Virus record (IMG/VR): IMGVR_UViG_3300034272_002779
Length of the DNA stretch: 64,000 bases
Reading direction: 5' to 3' (one strand)
From: an uncultured virus (IMG/VR IMGVR_UViG_3300034272_002779)
Taxonomy: Duplodnaviria; Heunggongvirae; Uroviricota; Caudoviricetes
The translations under genes were made by a program, and so were the position numbers. Below the pieces are notes generated by a model. That model saw only the letters and a list, made by a program, of their open reading frames with translations, searched no databases and was not told the origin of the DNA. Position 1 is the first letter of the stretch, and each line of letters begins with the position of its first letter. Positions 38,348 to 46,933 of this stretch are shown here, one piece after another.

Positions 38348-39025
38348 ATGAAAAACAAGATATTTTTATTATTACTGCTCGTACCCCAGCTTATTCTGTG
38401 TCAGACTAAGAGTAAGCAATTCGACGAGATTATGGTAGATAGCCAGAATGTCCAATACATTTCTGATTTAAAATCTTATGTTGGGTTTGGTAGTAACAAG
38501 ATATTCAGAAATTCTGTTCTAGATTCGGTAGCCACAGTAAGGGCAGATTATTTTCTTGATGTGCTAGAAGAGACAGCTAAGACTTTTTGTCTATATGATC
38601 TAACATCGCTTATTCCTAAAAATAGTTCGGGACACACCAGATACTTCGGAACACCTAACATATTTAAAGAGCCCAGCGGATGTAAATTTCCAGAGAGATT
38701 ACCAGAACTTCCTAAATATGATCTAAAAGTTAGAGCTGAGGTTATGCAGCAGATTTCTTGGAGAAAAAGGAGCCAGTATGAATACACTACAAAAAAACTA
38801 GTGGAAATGGCAACAGCATCGATGATTAAAAATTTTGGTAAGAACTATATTTTAGATGGTTACAAGCTATCAACAGCTCACAGAAATGCTATTAAAGAAA
38901 ATGCCTCTGGAGATTTTGGTGTATGTACTAAAGCCCTAATTTCTAAGGAATGGGACAACTTGGAAAAAGAATGGGTATACGAGGTTGTGATTTACAACCT
39001 TACCGTTTTTTCTAGGGATCTATAA
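38348..39025 (+). CDS. exported protein, CAP/SCP-like
   Basis: Signal peptide; YKLSTAHRNAI resembles the CAP W..S.GH...I motif. Confidence 0.5.
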   Translation: MKNKIFLLLLLVPQLILCQTKSKQFDEIMVDSQNVQYISDLKSYVGFGSNKIFRNSVLDSVATVRADYFLDVLEETAKTFCLYDLTSLIPKNSSGHTRYFGTPNIFKEPSGCKFPERLPELPKYDLKVRAEVMQQISWRKRSQYEYTTKKLVEMATASMIKNFGKNYILDGYKLSTAHRNAIKENASGDFGVCTKALISKEWDNLEKEWVYEVVIYNLTVFSRDL

Positions 39026-39026
39026 A

Positions 39027-39503
39027 TTACCTTAAAGATACAAGGTACTTGGTCTGGTCAACCAAAGCAATAATCTCATCAACAATATTAAGAAGCTCTG
39101 GATCCCTTTCTGGATCCAGAAGAGATTTACAATCTATAGCATAGCACTTATGTAGATGCTCCATAAAATCTTTAAGATCACCCTTCTCTGGATTTTCGAA
39201 GTTTTTAATCTTTAAGCAACACTGATCATCATTAAGAACTGGCTTACCGTATTTACCCATAATGCTTTCTGCTAGGGTATCGGTTAAACCTATAAGTCCT
39301 TCAAATAAACCATCTAGTGCTTTATGTTGACCATAGAAGTTAGATTGCCAATGAAGCAATTTAGTTTGTGCAACATTCTGTAATGCCATCTTAAAGACAT
39401 GCGCGTACGCACCCGATTCACCCATGTCTTCAGTTTCTGTTTCTCTACCTTTTGGGTTTTTGATAACGTCACCAAATGCGCTTAGACTTATTACTTTATC
39501 CAT
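39027..39503 (-). CDS. ferritin/Dps-like protein (DUF5856-like)
   Basis: KLLHWQ...HKALD...D.LAE..MGKYG ... DEI...Q.KYL. Confidence 0.75.
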   Translation of the reverse strand: MDKVISLSAFGDVIKNPKGRETETEDMGESGAYAHVFKMALQNVAQTKLLHWQSNFYGQHKALDGLFEGLIGLTDTLAESIMGKYGKPVLNDDQCCLKIKNFENPEKGDLKDFMEHLHKCYAIDCKSLLDPERDPELLNIVDEIIALVDQTKYLVSLR

Positions 39504-39668
39504 TTTGTTCCTTTCTTTTCTATGTATATATCGCTAACTATATAAAAACCCATAGCCATTAATTTATGGGAGATTAGTAAAATTTTAATAAATTTCGTGT
39601 TTTTATTTTTTTCCCCGAGATACTGTTCTATATTTGATAATGTAAATCAATTAAAAAAAATAGAAATT

Positions 39669-40130
39669 ATGAAAACAAAAAACATCTTCAGCAAAGTAAC
39701 AGGATTGGTAATCGCTCTTACTTTAGTATTTTCTACAGCAGCTAAAGCTTCAGTAAATTCTAACCCGCAAAAGGACACCATTGAAATTGCGGTAAGGGAT
39801 CTAATCGCTAAAAATTACGGACAGATCAACGAGGATCCTAGATTAGGAAACGGGTTAAATAGCTATCTACACAAAAAAGTAACGGGGGAAGTGATTGAGG
39901 TTAAGGAGAATATCGCGGATGCTTACTACTCAGTATCTTTCGAAGGAACCGGTAGCTTGGATATGATTTTAGAAATTTTCCAAGAAAGATTCGATAAATT
40001 GAAAGCTGATGGATATCCTATTACCCCTGATAGATTCTTAATTAAGATCACAGAGGAGAATGGAAGAACATACGTAGCAGTTGCTTTAGATGAGACATAC
40101 GTCTATCCGCAGAGAATTGGAAATAAATAA
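39669..40130 (+). CDS. exported protein
   Basis: Signal peptide ending AKA; host-type promoter upstream. Confidence 0.7.
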   Translation: MKTKNIFSKVTGLVIALTLVFSTAAKASVNSNPQKDTIEIAVRDLIAKNYGQINEDPRLGNGLNSYLHKKVTGEVIEVKENIADAYYSVSFEGTGSLDMILEIFQERFDKLKADGYPITPDRFLIKITEENGRTYVAVALDETYVYPQRIGNK

Positions 40131-40197
40131 GGGGTAAATCTCAGTTCATAAAAAAAGCCCGATCTTAAGATTGGGCTTTTTTTATGGTTGGTTCTTT

Positions 40198-41526
40198 TTA
40201 TTTTTCTTTATCTTTAGGTAAATCGAATTCAAAAGTGATAGCATATTGGATGATCTCAACGCTATCTGCTTTGATCTCTCCATCAACAAGATATTCAATC
40301 TCCTTGTCTATTGTGTAAGAATCACCTAAAAGTACACCTTTAACGTCTAAATATACTTTTCTATATTTTTCATATTCTCCAGGAACGTCCTTAGCTTGAA
40401 TTTTACTGAAGTCGTCAGCTTTTACCGTAATTACACCTTTTAAGTCAGGATATAATGTTTCAAGATAAGTCTTAACCTCATTTGCACGATCAACAACTAA
40501 TTTTTTGTTGATTGGTCCTTGTCCATCAGGCTCATAAGAAGCACCACCAGTAATTACGATACTCTCAGGTTTACCTGCTAGAGGTGCAAGAGCAGCAGTA
40601 AGTAATTTGTCTATATTAGCTTTGTTTTTCAAATTAAGTTTAGCTGATCCCTTTTCAAACATAGCATCACCACCGTCAATTGGAACCTGATAAGCTTTAA
40701 CCTCTCCCTTAATTATATCCTTGGTAAAATCCTTCTTGATAAGGGTGTCAGGAATTGTGTCTCCTCCTCCCTGAACTACGTTACCTACTCCGTATATAAC
40801 AAATGTTGAATATGCTCTCGCATCGTCCTTTTTGTTGGCTGTCTTGTACGCGAATGTTAAATCTGGAATTACTTTTGAATCATTTCCAGGAGTTGCGGAG
40901 CTATTTCCGTTAAAATTTATTCCACTAGCAATACTAGCTATTAAAAATTGATCGTGGGCACCGCTGTTGTAAATATAGTCAGACTTACCACTATACCATT
41001 TTTTGTGCTTCTTGTCAGAACTCCCATAAGGAAAATCAACAGAATAATAAAGGTTACTTATATTAACTAATGTTAATAAGTCGTTGATATCTATCCATGC
41101 AGAATCCTTCATCATCTTTTCCAATTCTCCTCCATCTGCTCCCGTAGGAAGACCTATTGATGCAGCTAATTGAACCTTACCGTTGATTAAAGCTGGATAC
41201 ACAACTTTTTTTATCTCGGTTGTAGTTTTTTCTGTTATCTGTACTCTATCAGGATATACGACATTCTCATCTATCGCACTTTTAATTCCATTATTAAGGT
41301 CTCCTAATTGTTTTCCCATTAATGGTGCTATTTTACTATCTGATGCACTCGTAGGAGATTTATCATAAGCTAGTCTAGCTGCATCGAATCCCTTCTTAGC
41401 ATCTGCATCTAGAAAGGAACTATTTGAACTAAGGAAAGATTTAAAGTCCATGGGAGCCTCTTTTGCTTCATTAATGAACCTAACGAAAGAATTAAAACTT
41501 TCAAAAACTGGTCTGTTATTTTTCAT
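40198..41526 (-). CDS. tagged protein with C-terminal OmpA-like peptidoglycan-binding domain
   Basis: FEKGSA.L...ITGGAS...NKKL..DRANEVK.YL...YRKV. Confidence 0.65.
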   Translation of the reverse strand: MKNNRPVFESFNSFVRFINEAKEAPMDFKSFLSSNSSFLDADAKKGFDAARLAYDKSPTSASDSKIAPLMGKQLGDLNNGIKSAIDENVVYPDRVQITEKTTTEIKKVVYPALINGKVQLAASIGLPTGADGGELEKMMKDSAWIDINDLLTLVNISNLYYSVDFPYGSSDKKHKKWYSGKSDYIYNSGAHDQFLIASIASGINFNGNSSATPGNDSKVIPDLTFAYKTANKKDDARAYSTFVIYGVGNVVQGGGDTIPDTLIKKDFTKDIIKGEVKAYQVPIDGGDAMFEKGSAKLNLKNKANIDKLLTAALAPLAGKPESIVITGGASYEPDGQGPINKKLVVDRANEVKTYLETLYPDLKGVITVKADDFSKIQAKDVPGEYEKYRKVYLDVKGVLLGDSYTIDKEIEYLVDGEIKADSVEIIQYAITFEFDLPKDKEK

Positions 41527-41674
41527 GCTGTTTTATTTTTATTTTTCAAACTGTAAACTATATATCCAGACAAATTACATTTTTTTGGAATTTTAATCGG
41601 GATAGATCCGATAAAATTTTTTCCCAACGAGAAATATTATTATCTTTGTACTGTACAATTAATCACAACAAAAA

Positions 41675-41748
41675 GGTCCCGTAGCTCAGCTGGATAGAGC
41701 AACTGCCTTCTAAGCAGTAGGTCTCAGGTTCGAATCCTGACGGGATCA
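41675..41748 (+). tRNA. tRNA-Arg(UCU)
   Basis: Cloverleaf, anticodon loop CT-TCT-AA. Confidence 0.95.
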
Positions 41749-41774
41749 CTAAAGAGTTCTTTCAAATAACGAAT

Positions 41775-41856
41775 GCTTTCTTGGTGGAATTGGTAGCCCC
41801 GCTAGACTTAGGATCTAGTGCCGAGAGGTGTGAGAGTTCGAGTCTCTCAGGAAGTA
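41775..41856 (+). tRNA. tRNA-Leu(UAG), long variable arm
   Basis: Loop CT-TAG-GA. Confidence 0.9.
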
Positions 41857-41860
41857 CTCA

Positions 41861-41934
41861 GGTCCCTTAGCTCAGTTGGTTAGAGCAACTGACTCATAAT
41901 CAGTAGGTCCACGGTTCGAGCCCGTGAGGGACCA
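41861..41934 (+). tRNA. tRNA-CAU, probably Ile2
   Basis: Loop CT-CAT-AA; GGTCCCT acceptor resembles ileX-type tRNAs. Confidence 0.85.
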
Positions 41935-41948
41935 CAAAAATTAAAAAA

Positions 41949-42200
41949 ATGGAAACCCAGGAATCTTTAATAAAAAGAAACGAATCCAGAGACAAGCTAA
42001 TCCAAGAGCTTAATAATTTGGGTTATCTGGTCGTAACATATGACTACAATTATAGATTACCCGGGGATGAAAGAGTTTACCCCGATATAAGTGTTATGCA
42101 AAGTATTATTACAGATAAACACGGGGATTACATGGAATGCGAGATCGATAGTATAGTCGATGAAGAGGCTGATGACATGGATTTTTTGTGTAGGAAATAA
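41949..42200 (+). CDS. hypothetical protein
   Basis: ORF track. Confidence 0.65.
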   Translation: METQESLIKRNESRDKLIQELNNLGYLVVTYDYNYRLPGDERVYPDISVMQSIITDKHGDYMECEIDSIVDEEADDMDFLCRK

Positions 42201-42271
42201 CTATATGTTTATTTTTTTATCCCGTAATAGAACTTTACATTTAAGGATTATTAATTATTAAACCTTTAAAA

Positions 42272-42682
42272 ATGCAACTAGAAAATCTAAATCAGGTAAC
42301 TACTGAATTTAAGGATGGTCTAAACCGGGTAACTATCAAAGTTAAACACACAAATCCAGATGCGGAAGTTAATTTCACCGCTATTGGAATTGGTAGAGAC
42401 AAGAGAGAAGCCGCTATCTTTGGATTAGGTATGTTCTTTACCGTTATGGACGGACAAACTGAGGAGGGTGAGATAACGAGGGGAGAGGATGCAATTAGTA
42501 TTATTAACGAGTATTCTGGTATGGAAGACGTCGAAAAGATAATCTCAAACGATTTAGAAGTAAATCGACTTTTCAATTTCTATGAATCCACCGAGATAGA
42601 GTACCAATGGGACAAGACAGAAAACTCTAAACCAGGAGGATACATCTCAGAAATGGAAATATTGGAAGAAAGTTTTGAATAA
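42272..42682 (+). CDS. hypothetical acidic protein
   Basis: Early-type promoter upstream. Confidence 0.7.
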   Translation: MQLENLNQVTTEFKDGLNRVTIKVKHTNPDAEVNFTAIGIGRDKREAAIFGLGMFFTVMDGQTEEGEITRGEDAISIINEYSGMEDVEKIISNDLEVNRLFNFYESTEIEYQWDKTENSKPGGYISEMEILEESFE

Positions 42683-42751
42683 TTGAAAAAAATTATCTAA
42701 ATTAGCGAAACTAAAAATAGAGTCGATATATAAGACTCGAAACAAAGAAAA

Positions 42752-42874
42752 ATGAAAAACAAATTCGGAAATATCGTTAAACCGTTTATGCCTCAGGCTA
42801 ACGCACCGATTGCACAGGTGGGGTTTGCTAAGTGGTATAATGGCAACGCAAAAAATCCGGATTTGATTAGATGA
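42752..42874 (+). CDS. putative attenuator leader peptide 1 (40 aa)
   Basis: MKNKFGNIVKPFMPQANAPIAQVGFAKWYNGNAKNPDLIR; composition matches the downstream tRNAs. Confidence 0.75.
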   Translation: MKNKFGNIVKPFMPQANAPIAQVGFAKWYNGNAKNPDLIR

Positions 42875-42901
42875 TTAAATAAATAGATCACCATAACTAA
42901 G

Positions 42902-42936
42902 AAACTCCGGATCCACAAGATTCGGAGTTTTTTTTT
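42902..42936 (+). terminator. attenuator terminator 1
   Basis: AAACTCCGGATC-cacaa-GATTCGGAGTTT plus T-run, just before tRNA-Phe. Confidence 0.85.
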
Positions 42937-42938
42937 GC

Positions 42939-43011
42939 GGTGCGGTAGCTCAGTTGGTAGAGCACGGGACTGAAAATCCCGGTGTCGGCGGTTCGATCCC
43001 GCCCCGCACCA
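42939..43011 (+). tRNA. tRNA-Phe(GAA)
   Basis: Cloverleaf. Confidence 0.95.
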
Positions 43012-43041
43012 CTGAACTTTTAAGTTCTTTGAAATAAAAAT

Positions 43042-43119
43042 AGAGTAGTTGGCCAATTGGTAGGCCGCCTCATTTGGGATGAGGACATAGTGTCGGTTCG
43101 AGTCCGGTCTACTCTACCA
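43042..43119 (+). tRNA. tRNA-Pro(UGG), CCA encoded
   Basis: Cloverleaf, A1-U72. Confidence 0.9.
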
Positions 43120-43120
43120 C

Positions 43121-43194
43121 GGGGGGTTAGCTCAGTTGGCTAGAGCACTTGCCTTGCACGCAAGGGGTCATCGGTTCGAGTCCGATACTCTCCA
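43121..43194 (+). tRNA. tRNA-Ala(UGC)
   Basis: Cloverleaf, G3-U70. Confidence 0.95.
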
Positions 43195-43200
43195 CTAAAC

Positions 43201-43273
43201 ACGTCGGTAGCTCAGTTGGTAGAGCACTGGTCTCCAAAACCAGGTGTCGGAGGTTCGAGCCCTCCCCGGCGTG
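43201..43273 (+). tRNA. tRNA-Trp(CCA)
   Basis: Cloverleaf. Confidence 0.95.
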
Positions 43274-43283
43274 CAAACTACAG

Positions 43284-43354
43284 TGTCCTGTAGTGAAATG
43301 GCATCACACGGCGTTTTGGCCGCCGGGTTAGAGGTTCGAGTCCTCTCGGGACAA
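43284..43354 (+). tRNA. tRNA-Gln(UUG)
   Basis: Cloverleaf, U1-A72. Confidence 0.9.
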
Positions 43355-43384
43355 CTAAAGGTTCTTTGACATGTTGGCGTAAAT

Positions 43385-43458
43385 TGTCACGTAGCTCAGT
43401 TGGTTAGAGCATCTGACTGATACTCAGAAGGCCGGTGGTTCAAATCCACCCGTGACAA
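43385..43458 (+). tRNA. tRNA-Ile(GAU)
   Basis: Cloverleaf. Confidence 0.95.
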
Positions 43459-43518
43459 CTTAAAAATAAAGTAGTTAACTATGGAAAGTGACAAGAGCGA
43501 CAAGAGTCGCAAGAGAAT

Positions 43519-43593
43519 GATCTCGTAGCTCAGTTGGTTTAGAGCACCGCACTTTTAATGCGGGAGTCGTGGGTTCGAGTCCCACCGGGATCA
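43519..43593 (+). tRNA. tRNA-Lys(UUU)
   Basis: Cloverleaf. Confidence 0.95.
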
Positions 43594-43598
43594 CTTAA

Positions 43599-43712
43599 GG
43601 GCAGGACGCCTACTGGACCGATGCCGGGAGGTCGTTTGGAAGTGGTTAGAGGCCACAATTCATCTTTATCGGGGATGTCTGTTTGTAAAAGTCCAAGCGC
43701 TTGGTTCTGCCC
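43599..43712 (+). ncRNA. candidate rod-like structured RNA
   Basis: GGGCAGGAC/GTTCTGCCC closing stem, TGGAC/GTCCA, GTGG/CCAC. Confidence 0.5.
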
Positions 43713-43730
43713 CCGGTAACTAAACTATAA

Positions 43731-43805
43731 GGACTAGTAGCTCAGCTGGTTAGAAGCACATGACTGTTAATCATGGGGTCGTAGGTTCGAATCCTACCTA
43801 GTCCG
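43731..43805 (+). tRNA. tRNA-Asn(GUU)
   Basis: Cloverleaf. Confidence 0.93.
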
Positions 43806-43811
43806 CAATAA

Positions 43812-43883
43812 GCAGGTATCGTATAACGGTTATTACTTCTGACTTCCAATCAGAAGATTGGAGTTCGATTCTCCATACCTGCT
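43812..43883 (+). tRNA. tRNA-Gly(UCC)
   Basis: Cloverleaf, U73. Confidence 0.93.
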
Positions 43884-43958
43884 CACACGCAATTTCGTAC
43901 TTTGTTTAGATATACATGCCGGGTGATCCTCCCGTTGAATCACGGGAGCCGGCTCCAT

Positions 43959-44030
43959 AGCGAATTAGCTCAGAGGAAGAGCGTCCGGCTCATATCCGGA
44001 AGGTCGGGATCTCAGAATTCCCATTCGCTA
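43959..44030 (+). tRNA. tRNA-Met(CAU) with atypical T-loop
   Basis: Loop CT-CAT-AT; T arm GGGAT-CTCAGAA-TTCCC lacks TTC. Confidence 0.75.
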
Positions 44031-44052
44031 CTAAAAATAAAAAAATGATTTT

Positions 44053-44547
44053 TTATACCTGATTAAGAGTGGTGTCCCATTTACTTGTAGCTAGAAGCAT
44101 AAATCCCTGCAAGACGCTGCTAATTTCACCTAATATTGTGTCGTATGCTAGAAGACAAACATTTACTCTATCTTTTGCTATATCCTCCGGGGTTAATTCT
44201 TTGTCGTTTTTACACTGTGAGTGGACCATTAGCAAAACGCAAAGGACTAGGAATCTGTTTATTACTCGGGCCTCTCCTTTGAGTACAACTGCCTTCTCTC
44301 TTTTTATTTTAAAATCGATTAAGGCCTTTTCTAATGTTTTATAGTCTGGGTATTTGGCTTTGAACCTTAAATTTCCTCTCTTTGCTATTGCAGGATATAC
44401 TTTATCGCGGAGAAGCTCAGGGTATCTAAGTTCGTTTGAGTTCTCTTTAAATATAAAATCTAACATCATCGGAAATTCTGGAATTTGCTTACCCCAAACC
44501 CAGCTTTCATTGATAAAATCGTCGAATTCTAATAAATTTTTGTCCAT
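44053..44547 (-). CDS. tagged protein inserted antisense in the tRNA array
   Basis: MDKNLLEFDDFINES; ATATATA upstream. Confidence 0.75.
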   Translation of the reverse strand: MDKNLLEFDDFINESWVWGKQIPEFPMMLDFIFKENSNELRYPELLRDKVYPAIAKRGNLRFKAKYPDYKTLEKALIDFKIKREKAVVLKGEARVINRFLVLCVLLMVHSQCKNDKELTPEDIAKDRVNVCLLAYDTILGEISSVLQGFMLLATSKWDTTLNQV

Positions 44548-44627
44548 GACTATAATTTTGTTCGGATTATATATTTAATTATTTTTTTATCACGCATTTG
44601 ATACTTATCTTTGTATCAAATCAACTT

Positions 44628-44700
44628 AGTCTCTTAGCTCAGTTGGTAGAGCATCTGGTTTACATCCAGCGTGTCGCAGGTTCGATCCCTGCAGAGACTA
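44628..44700 (+). tRNA. tRNA-Val(UAC)
   Basis: Cloverleaf. Confidence 0.92.
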
Positions 44701-44713
44701 CGAATTTTAAAAA

Positions 44714-44796
44714 GGGTAGGTTGAGCAATTGGTTGGCTCGCCAGACTGTAAATCTGGTTCCTTCGGGGCGTGCAGGTTCGAATCCTGCCCTACCCA
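44714..44796 (+). tRNA. tRNA-Tyr(GUA)
   Basis: Cloverleaf with long variable arm. Confidence 0.93.
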
Positions 44797-44817
44797 CTAA
44801 CAATTAAAAACAAAAAA

Positions 44818-45204
44818 ATGAATCAAGAGAAAATCTCCGAGATGATTATGAAGCTGGAGCTCATCCCTTCAAGAATTGCAAAGCATTCAGTTGAGCTATT
44901 AGATCTCAACGAGAAACTGCAAGAATCCATAACTGAAATTAATCAATTAGAATCAGCGATTAAGTCTAGTGTTAATTCTGCAGAAGACGCCAACGGAAAA
45001 AAGCTTTACAGCAATGCGGAAGCTAGAGAGGCGGCTTTTTTACAGATCGCATTTGACGACGAGGATCTAAAGAGGTCTAAAGAGGTTCAGGCTGAGCTGC
45101 AGAGAAAAATATCATTGGAGCGTATCCAAATAGAAGCTCTTTCTAACGAGCAGAGGAATGCAAGAACAATAGTTCAATATTTTTCTTCCCTGCATGAAGT
45201 CTAA
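44818..45204 (+). CDS. coiled-coil protein
   Basis: Start MNQEKI; GKKLYSNAEAREA motif. Confidence 0.75.
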   Translation: MNQEKISEMIMKLELIPSRIAKHSVELLDLNEKLQESITEINQLESAIKSSVNSAEDANGKKLYSNAEAREAAFLQIAFDDEDLKRSKEVQAELQRKISLERIQIEALSNEQRNARTIVQYFSSLHEV

Positions 45205-45242
45205 TCGGAACATTAAGGTTTGTTCTAAATAAAAGATTGGTT

Positions 45243-45512
45243 ATGAATAAAATATATCTCCTTGCTTCATTTTTAGTGTGCATATATTCATGCAGCTCTA
45301 TTAAACCAGCTAAAGACAACATCTCGATAGAGTGGGAATATTCCGGAGCAGATAGTATCTCCCTGATGAAGGGAGATGAAGTACTGGTTCCCGGAATGCC
45401 GGTTGGGGAAACAAAACAGCTTCATCTGAACGGTTTCAGCAAGGGAAAATATAAGGTTGTAGTTTACGATAATTCTCAAGTGGTAGAACTTAAGACTTTT
45501 TCTCTCAGATAA
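45243..45512 (+). CDS. small lipoprotein, beta-sandwich-like
   Basis: Signal peptide ending YSC; GKYKVVV. Confidence 0.6.
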   Translation: MNKIYLLASFLVCIYSCSSIKPAKDNISIEWEYSGADSISLMKGDEVLVPGMPVGETKQLHLNGFSKGKYKVVVYDNSQVVELKTFSLR

Positions 45513-45513
45513 C

Positions 45514-45657
45514 ACTCTTTTAGTCTATATTGGTGCGGGAGTAAGTTCACCTTATCTAAATGGTAAGATCGGAGCTTGCTATTTCTACACTAAGGGTCTT
45601 AGCTCTGAAGAGGTAAGTCAGAATTTTAATGCAACAAAATCAAAATATTCTTTATAA
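45514..45657 (+). pseudogene. startless C-terminal fragment of a LamG/ConA-like domain
   Basis: VYIGAG..PYLNGKIGACYFYTKGLSSEEVSQNFNATKSKYSL*. Confidence 0.6.
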
Positions 45658-45730
45658 ATTTTTTTAATTCGAAACTTTTCTCTATTTTTGCATAGAAATT
45701 AAAAATCCGATAGGATATATAAAAACGCAA

Positions 45731-45826
45731 ATGAAAAATTTATTCCATATAGACCTAAGTTTACTCACATCGATATCGTCGTTGACATGTGATGAAACTA
45801 ACTGTGCTATGCTAAGGGATAAATAA
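45731..45826 (+). CDS. putative attenuator leader peptide 2 (31 aa)
   Basis: MKNLFHIDLSLLTSISSLTCDETNCAMLRDK; composition matches the downstream tRNAs. Confidence 0.75.
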   Translation: MKNLFHIDLSLLTSISSLTCDETNCAMLRDK

Positions 45827-45846
45827 CCATATTAATAATTAAATTT

Positions 45847-45879
45847 AAAAGGTCCCTTAGATTCTAAGGGACCTTTTTT
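45847..45879 (+). terminator. attenuator terminator 2
   Basis: AAAAGGTCCCTTAG-att-CTAAGGGACCTTTT plus T-run. Confidence 0.85.
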
Positions 45880-45914
45880 ATTTTGTGCGGTCTTTGACAT
45901 GTTGGAACTAGAAA

Positions 45915-45998
45915 GGGGGAGTAATTAAGCTGGCGCTTGACCTAGTCTTGAAAACTAGCGGTACCTTCGGGTATGGGGATCGATACCTCACTCCTCCG
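45915..45998 (+). tRNA. tRNA-Ser(UGA)
   Basis: Long variable arm, T-loop ATCGATA. Confidence 0.85.
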
Positions 45999-46003
45999 CA
46001 AAA

Positions 46004-46090
46004 GGAAAGTTGTCCGAGTGGTTTATGGAGCACGCTTGGAAAGCGTGTGCACCCGGAAGGGTGCCATAAGTTCGAATCCTATACTTTCCG
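46004..46090 (+). tRNA. tRNA-Ser(GGA)
   Basis: Long variable arm. Confidence 0.92.
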
Positions 46091-46095
46091 CAAAA

Positions 46096-46168
46096 GCCGG
46101 GGTAGCTCAATTGGTAGAGCTCTTGATTTGTAATCAAGTGGTTGTCAGTTCGATTCTGACCTCCGGAG
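46096..46168 (+). tRNA. tRNA-Thr(UGU)
   Basis: Cloverleaf with G1.A72 mismatch. Confidence 0.9.
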
Positions 46169-46175
46169 CAAATAC

Positions 46176-46248
46176 GTCACTGTGGCCGAGCCGGTTTAGG
46201 CGGGGGTCTGCAAAACCTCACACACAGGTTCGAATCCTGTCAGTGATT
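46176..46248 (+). tRNA. tRNA-Cys(GCA)
   Basis: Cloverleaf, U73. Confidence 0.92.
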
Positions 46249-46265
46249 CTAAAAAATAGGAAACT

Positions 46266-46688
46266 ATGGAAAAGGAAGAAAAGATCGAGAACATTAAAAA
46301 TGCGATCGCTGCCGAAAAGGCTGAAAGAGAGAGAAAAAGGAAAGAGTATTGGTGTAATCTTCCTAAATTTGAGAAGGCACATGATGTACCGACTATACCT
46401 AGAGTGGATGAAGAAGAATATAGAAATTTCTACGTACCAAAACTAATAGAGGCTGGTGCTATTCCAAAGAAAGATCTTGTTGACGGTCAGCTCTACTATG
46501 GTGATTATAGAAATGCAGAAGTTGGTAAATGGAATGCTAAAGAAAACGTTTTTGATCATTGGAGATACAAATTTGGATTCAGAAAGGATACGTGCAACCA
46601 CTTCGAAGATGATGACGGGTTTGCATTATTCGTTCCTATTAGATTAGCTAACGAAGAAGAGATAGAAGAATATCTCAATACAAAATAA
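46266..46688 (+). CDS. conserved phage hypothetical protein
   Basis: IPKKDL.DG..Y.G.YRNA...W....F...R.KFG......HFEDDDGFALFVP. Confidence 0.8.
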   Translation: MEKEEKIENIKNAIAAEKAERERKRKEYWCNLPKFEKAHDVPTIPRVDEEEYRNFYVPKLIEAGAIPKKDLVDGQLYYGDYRNAEVGKWNAKENVFDHWRYKFGFRKDTCNHFEDDDGFALFVPIRLANEEEIEEYLNTK

Positions 46689-46693
46689 TACAC

Positions 46694-46771
46694 GGTGTGC
46701 GTAGCTCAGTTGGTTAGAGCGTCTGATTGTGGTTCAGAAGGTCGGCAGTTCGATCCTGCTCGTGCACCCCA
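46694..46771 (+). tRNA. tRNA-His(GUG)
   Basis: G-1/C73, CCA encoded. Confidence 0.93.
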
Positions 46772-46772
46772 T

Positions 46773-46843
46773 GCCTCGATAGCTCAAGGGTAGAGCATCG
46801 CTTTGGTATAGCGGGGATATGGGTTCGATTCCCATTTGAGGAT
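46773..46843 (+). tRNA. tRNA-Thr(GGU)
   Basis: Cloverleaf with G1.A72 mismatch. Confidence 0.88.
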
Positions 46844-46853
46844 CTTGACCAAT

Positions 46854-46927
46854 GTTCCCGTAGCCCAACAGGCAGAGGCAATGGACTTAAAATCCATACA
46901 GTAACGGTTCGAATCCGTTCGGGAATA
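46854..46927 (+). tRNA. tRNA-Leu(UAA), short variable loop
   Basis: Loop CT-TAA-AA; variable region ACAGT. Confidence 0.88.
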
Positions 46928-46933
46928 CTAAAT

